Shown: piece after piece, positions 60,505 to 64,000 of the stretch
How positions within the stretch are numbered: the first letter of the stretch is position 1
Layout: every line of letters begins with the position of its first letter
Assembly: GCF_018977255.1 (NCBI RefSeq)
Contig: NW_024704742.1
Location: 132,744,001 to 132,808,000 of the forward strand
Direction: 5' to 3'
DNA length: 64,000 nucleotides
Source of the DNA: Callorhinchus milii
Lineage: Eukaryota
Position numbers and translations under genes: made by a program
Notes under the pieces: model-generated
Databases searched by the model: none
The model's input: only the letters and a program-made list of their open reading frames with translations
Told to the model about the DNA's origin: nothing

Positions 60505-60880
60505 TAATAATAATCCTTGCATTTGATATAGCGCCTTATCACGTCTTCTAGATGTCTCAAAGCTCTTCACAGAATATATGTGAAGTGAATTGACTGTATA
60601 TTCTGTGGGTGAAACGCGGCAGCCAATTGCGAACAGCAGTGTCCCACAAACAGTCGTGATTTAAGTGACCAAATTATGATGTTTTAATTTTTTTTTGAGG
60701 GATTAATTATCCCCAAAAATGATCCACCCATCGACAAACAACCGGTTTCCTACTTACTGCTAGGTAAACAGAGGCATGTGGAGTAAGGAAACTTGCCTAA
60801 CTTTTCCCCCTGTCTGGGAATCGAACCCAGGTCTCTCGCTTGCAAGGTGAGCGCCCTAACCACCACGCTACAGAAGTCCA
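60505..60880 (-). mobile_element. SINE family A (long form, full length)
   Basis: Same architecture; contains CCTACTTACTGCTAGGTAAACAGAGGC. Confidence 0.88.
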
Positions 60881-61369
60881 TATATGTACTCCACAAATGT
60901 GAACACATGCATTCACACTAACTCTCACACAAACAGACACACACACACAAACGAACACACTGGATTTATACAAAGTTTGACAAGCAAGTCTTGCCTTTCA
61001 GAAACAAGCGTAACCCACCTGTTGATTCATTTCTTGTTTAATAACCCATTGAGACCCAATCCCATCTCCCGGATCTCTCGCTCAAACAAACAGGGTCCAG
61101 GCTGTTAATTTGACAAATTAAACGTATCAAGTTCCTGCCGGCGCAGCGCTAAATAGATCTCACTTAACAGAATGCAGCTGCCAGCTGAAAGATTATTATT
61201 TTGCTGTTCTGCCATTACGTTGTACAGCCAGCAAGTCATTTAAGGTAACGCCGCCTTTTAGCAGTTGTGTTATGGTTGAGCTGAACTGGGATAAACCTGA
61301 ACTGAACGCTTGAACGTGCGGAAAGAGAATTGCTTGCCACATTCGCCTGCAATCTACACATACGCGCAC

Positions 61370-61400
<31 letters not shown>
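61370..61400. repeat. (TA)n microsatellite
   Basis: About 15 perfect units. Confidence 0.95.
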
Positions 61401-61407
<7 letters not shown>

Positions 61408-62669
61408 ACGGTCACCTAACCCCTCCCCATGGTTCTGCATTGTGCTCCGCCACTGTCAAGCGCCGTCGGTCGCGACCTTCGATGCAAGTTGCTATTGTTG
61501 TTGATAAGCGGTCCCTGGTGTATCTTGGGTCACAGCCAACTCCGGCAACCAGTTAGGGGGAAAATTACGGCCTTTACTTACTCCAACTTCTGGAGCGGCT
61601 AAAGTGCTGACAACGATCGCCCCAAACACAGCTGTCCTATGACAGATTTACTGAACTCTTTCTACACTCAGCTCTTTATCTACCTGTTCAATCGTGCCAG
61701 CCGGTCAGTGTATATAACAGCCACTGTTGAACTGAGGAGGTTGGTGGACGGCACAAAATTTTGCAGGGTCTTGGCCATAGGAACGCTGCCTTCAGCTTCG
61801 ATGCGGTGGTCAGCCTGGCTGAGCTGGTAGCACGCTCGCCTCTGGGTCAAAAGGTTGTGGGTTCAAGCCTCATGTCGGGGGATTTGAAATCACGTAGTCT
61901 AAGCGTTCTGCGGGTGTGTTCCATTGCCTTCCTTCAGATGTGATGTTAAACTGAGATCCTGTCTGCCTTTTTAGGTAGGCATTAAAGATCCTATCGCACA
62001 ATTCGGAAAGGGAAGGGATTTTTCTCCTATTGTCCTGGCCAACAATCCCCCCAGATAAAATTGATCACTCGCGCCATGGCGGTTTGTGAAGGGCGCTATA
62101 TAAATGCAAGTTGCTATTGTTGTTGTTTGCTCTGTGCAAATTGGCTGCTTCATTCGCCTACAAAAAAGGGTCCCAACACGTCCCAGAGAATCCTGTAGAA
62201 CGCTTTGGGACCTCCTCCTGCCATGAAAGGTGTTGGATCAAATGCAAGGATTATTATTTTTATCTATTATTCGGTGGATTCTGAAGGCGAACGCATCAGC
62301 CAATTTGCACTCTCCAGGGCAGGCTAAGGCAGGCTGAGTTCAGCACCGACTGGGGGTCGAACCAGCGACAATCCCAGTCTGTACGCTGCCCACTCTGTGC
62401 CTTTGCCCACTGAGCCATAGAGTGAACCCCTTTCATATACGGAGTCCACAGACCCTCAGGCAGCTCCAGACCTGCTCAGTTCAGGGTGGCCCGTGTTCAG
62501 TAGAGAAGAGGGATGGCGGGAGTGGGGGATGGGGAAGGGGCGGAGGTTGCCCACAAGTCAGTGTTTTGAGTGACTCAGGCAAAAAACATTTAGTTGCCAT
62601 GGCTACTAAAATAATATGCAGTGTGCAGTCCTGACAGCTAAATCGGCTGATAAATGGTACAGATTTATT

Positions 62670-63075
62670 TCATGCGTGCATTTGTGTGTTTCTGTTTGTG
62701 TGTGTGGTGTGAGAGGTCGTGTATGTGTCGCTGGCATGTGTGCATGGCTTGTGTGCGCACGCGTGTATACTCATGGCTTGTGCGACTTGTGTGAGACATG
62801 TACGTGAGGATGACATATGTGTATGTGTGCGCGCGTGCGTATGTCCTTGTGTGGTAGTGTGGGGGGGGGGGGTGGGCATGTGCGTGTATGTGTTGGGGGC
62901 GTGCGTGTACGTATTTTTATGTGCGCACGTCCGCGTGTGTGGCTGGAGGGAGGCTTGCGTGTGTTTATTTGTGTGTGTGTATGTCGGTGTCTGTGTGTGA
63001 GCAGGGAGGGGTCGTGCGTGTGTGTGGGGCGCGCGTGTGTGTATTTGTGTGTGTGTATGACCCTGTGTGTGTGGG
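62670..63075. repeat. Degenerate (TG)n-rich simple repeat
   Basis: Visible directly; produces the Val/Cys-rich spurious ORFs. Confidence 0.9.
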
Positions 63076-64000
63076 GAGGGGGGGATGTTTTGCTAGCCTG
63101 ACTAGCACAGCCTGTCTCAGCTGCTCTTTCCCCTCCCGAGCTCTGACTACAGCCAACTCTAATGACAGTTGGTTATAAATAAGCAGTGAAAAGAACTTGT
63201 GCTCAGGCAAACTCACCGAGCTTTATTTATTTATTTATAGTTTCTTTACGAGTCGGTTGTGACCCCCTTTCTGTGTCTTCCACCAATCCCGAGATCTCTC
63301 CTCACCTACCCCCCCGTTCCAGATGCTGGGCTTGCACAAAACGGGGCCTGCTCATGCCCGGCATTGATAATAAACCTTGCATTTTATGTAACGTCTTATT
63401 ACGGCGCCTCAATGTCTCAAAGCAAGTGTAGTGACTGTGTAGTTTGCAAGCGAATGCGGCAGCCAATTTTGCACACAGCCATGAAGCGAGTGACCAATTT
63501 TTATCTGGATGATTATTGTGAGCCAGGACAGAAAATCCCTTCTCTTTTCGAATAGCCATGCGGGATCTTTAACGTCCATCTGTACATGCACGGACAAGAC
63601 CTCGGTTTAACATCTCATCAGAAGGACGTCACCTCCAGTGCTTCCCTTACTTCCCCCACGCGTATCCCCGGCACTACATTGGAGCACCAGCCTAGACTGT
63701 GAAGGTTAGGGAGAAGAAAATAGGAGAACATTTGGTGGGAAAACAAAGCAATATGTTTCCTGCCATTAAAAATTAACATATAACATTCACTCCAGGGTGA
63801 TCCTTCAATAAACATTAGTGGAGCTGGGCACACAATCCATATGTTAAGAAAAACAAAGAACTTCTCCAATCTGTACTGAGCCACCCAAGGCTCCAAATTC
63901 CTCCTGCTCTTAGCCTTAAAACCATCGGCTTAAATTGTAAGGTTGTTATAAATTGGGTGATGTTGCACCTCTTCCTGAGAATAATAACCCTTATATTTGA

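Noticed and set aside
2800..60880. Possible strand bias of SINE A relative to the gene
   Set aside because: My rough count (about 16 minus versus 10 plus) is too small and too even to support a bias.
62616..63216. Cys/Val-rich ORFs resembling metallothionein- or keratin-associated proteins
   Set aside because: Translation of a degenerate (TG)n repeat.
44249..64000. Expected upstream ARID3 exon (ending …EEQFKQ) or promoter
   Set aside because: Not found by eye or in the ORF track. It is probably beyond the window, although a short exon could have been missed.

Overview
This is eukaryotic (vertebrate) genomic DNA. The SINE/LINE repertoire suggests a cartilaginous fish, probably a holocephalan, but that is an inference. 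The only protein-coding gene I can support is an ARID3-family (Bright/dead ringer) transcription factor on the minus strand. Four exons are visible (44176-44248, 3273-3456, 648-883, and a partial exon at 1-66). All have canonical GT-AG sites with matching phases, and a 40.7-kb intron splits the ARID domain. The remainder is intronic. It holds a dense layer of two tRNA-derived SINE families that share a Deu-like domain and an L2-type tail, CR1 and L2 LINE fragments, a recurrent repeat I cannot classify, several palindromic MITE-like relics, microsatellites, and some repeat-free blocks that may be conserved enhancers. Nearly all ORFs in the supplied track are chance readings of repeats. I find no new protein-coding system. 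The interesting material is transposon biology: a chimeric SINE, nested-insertion chronology, AT-initiated target duplications, a shared SINE/LINE tail hairpin, and the unclassified repeat. Repeat boundaries were set by eye and are approximate.
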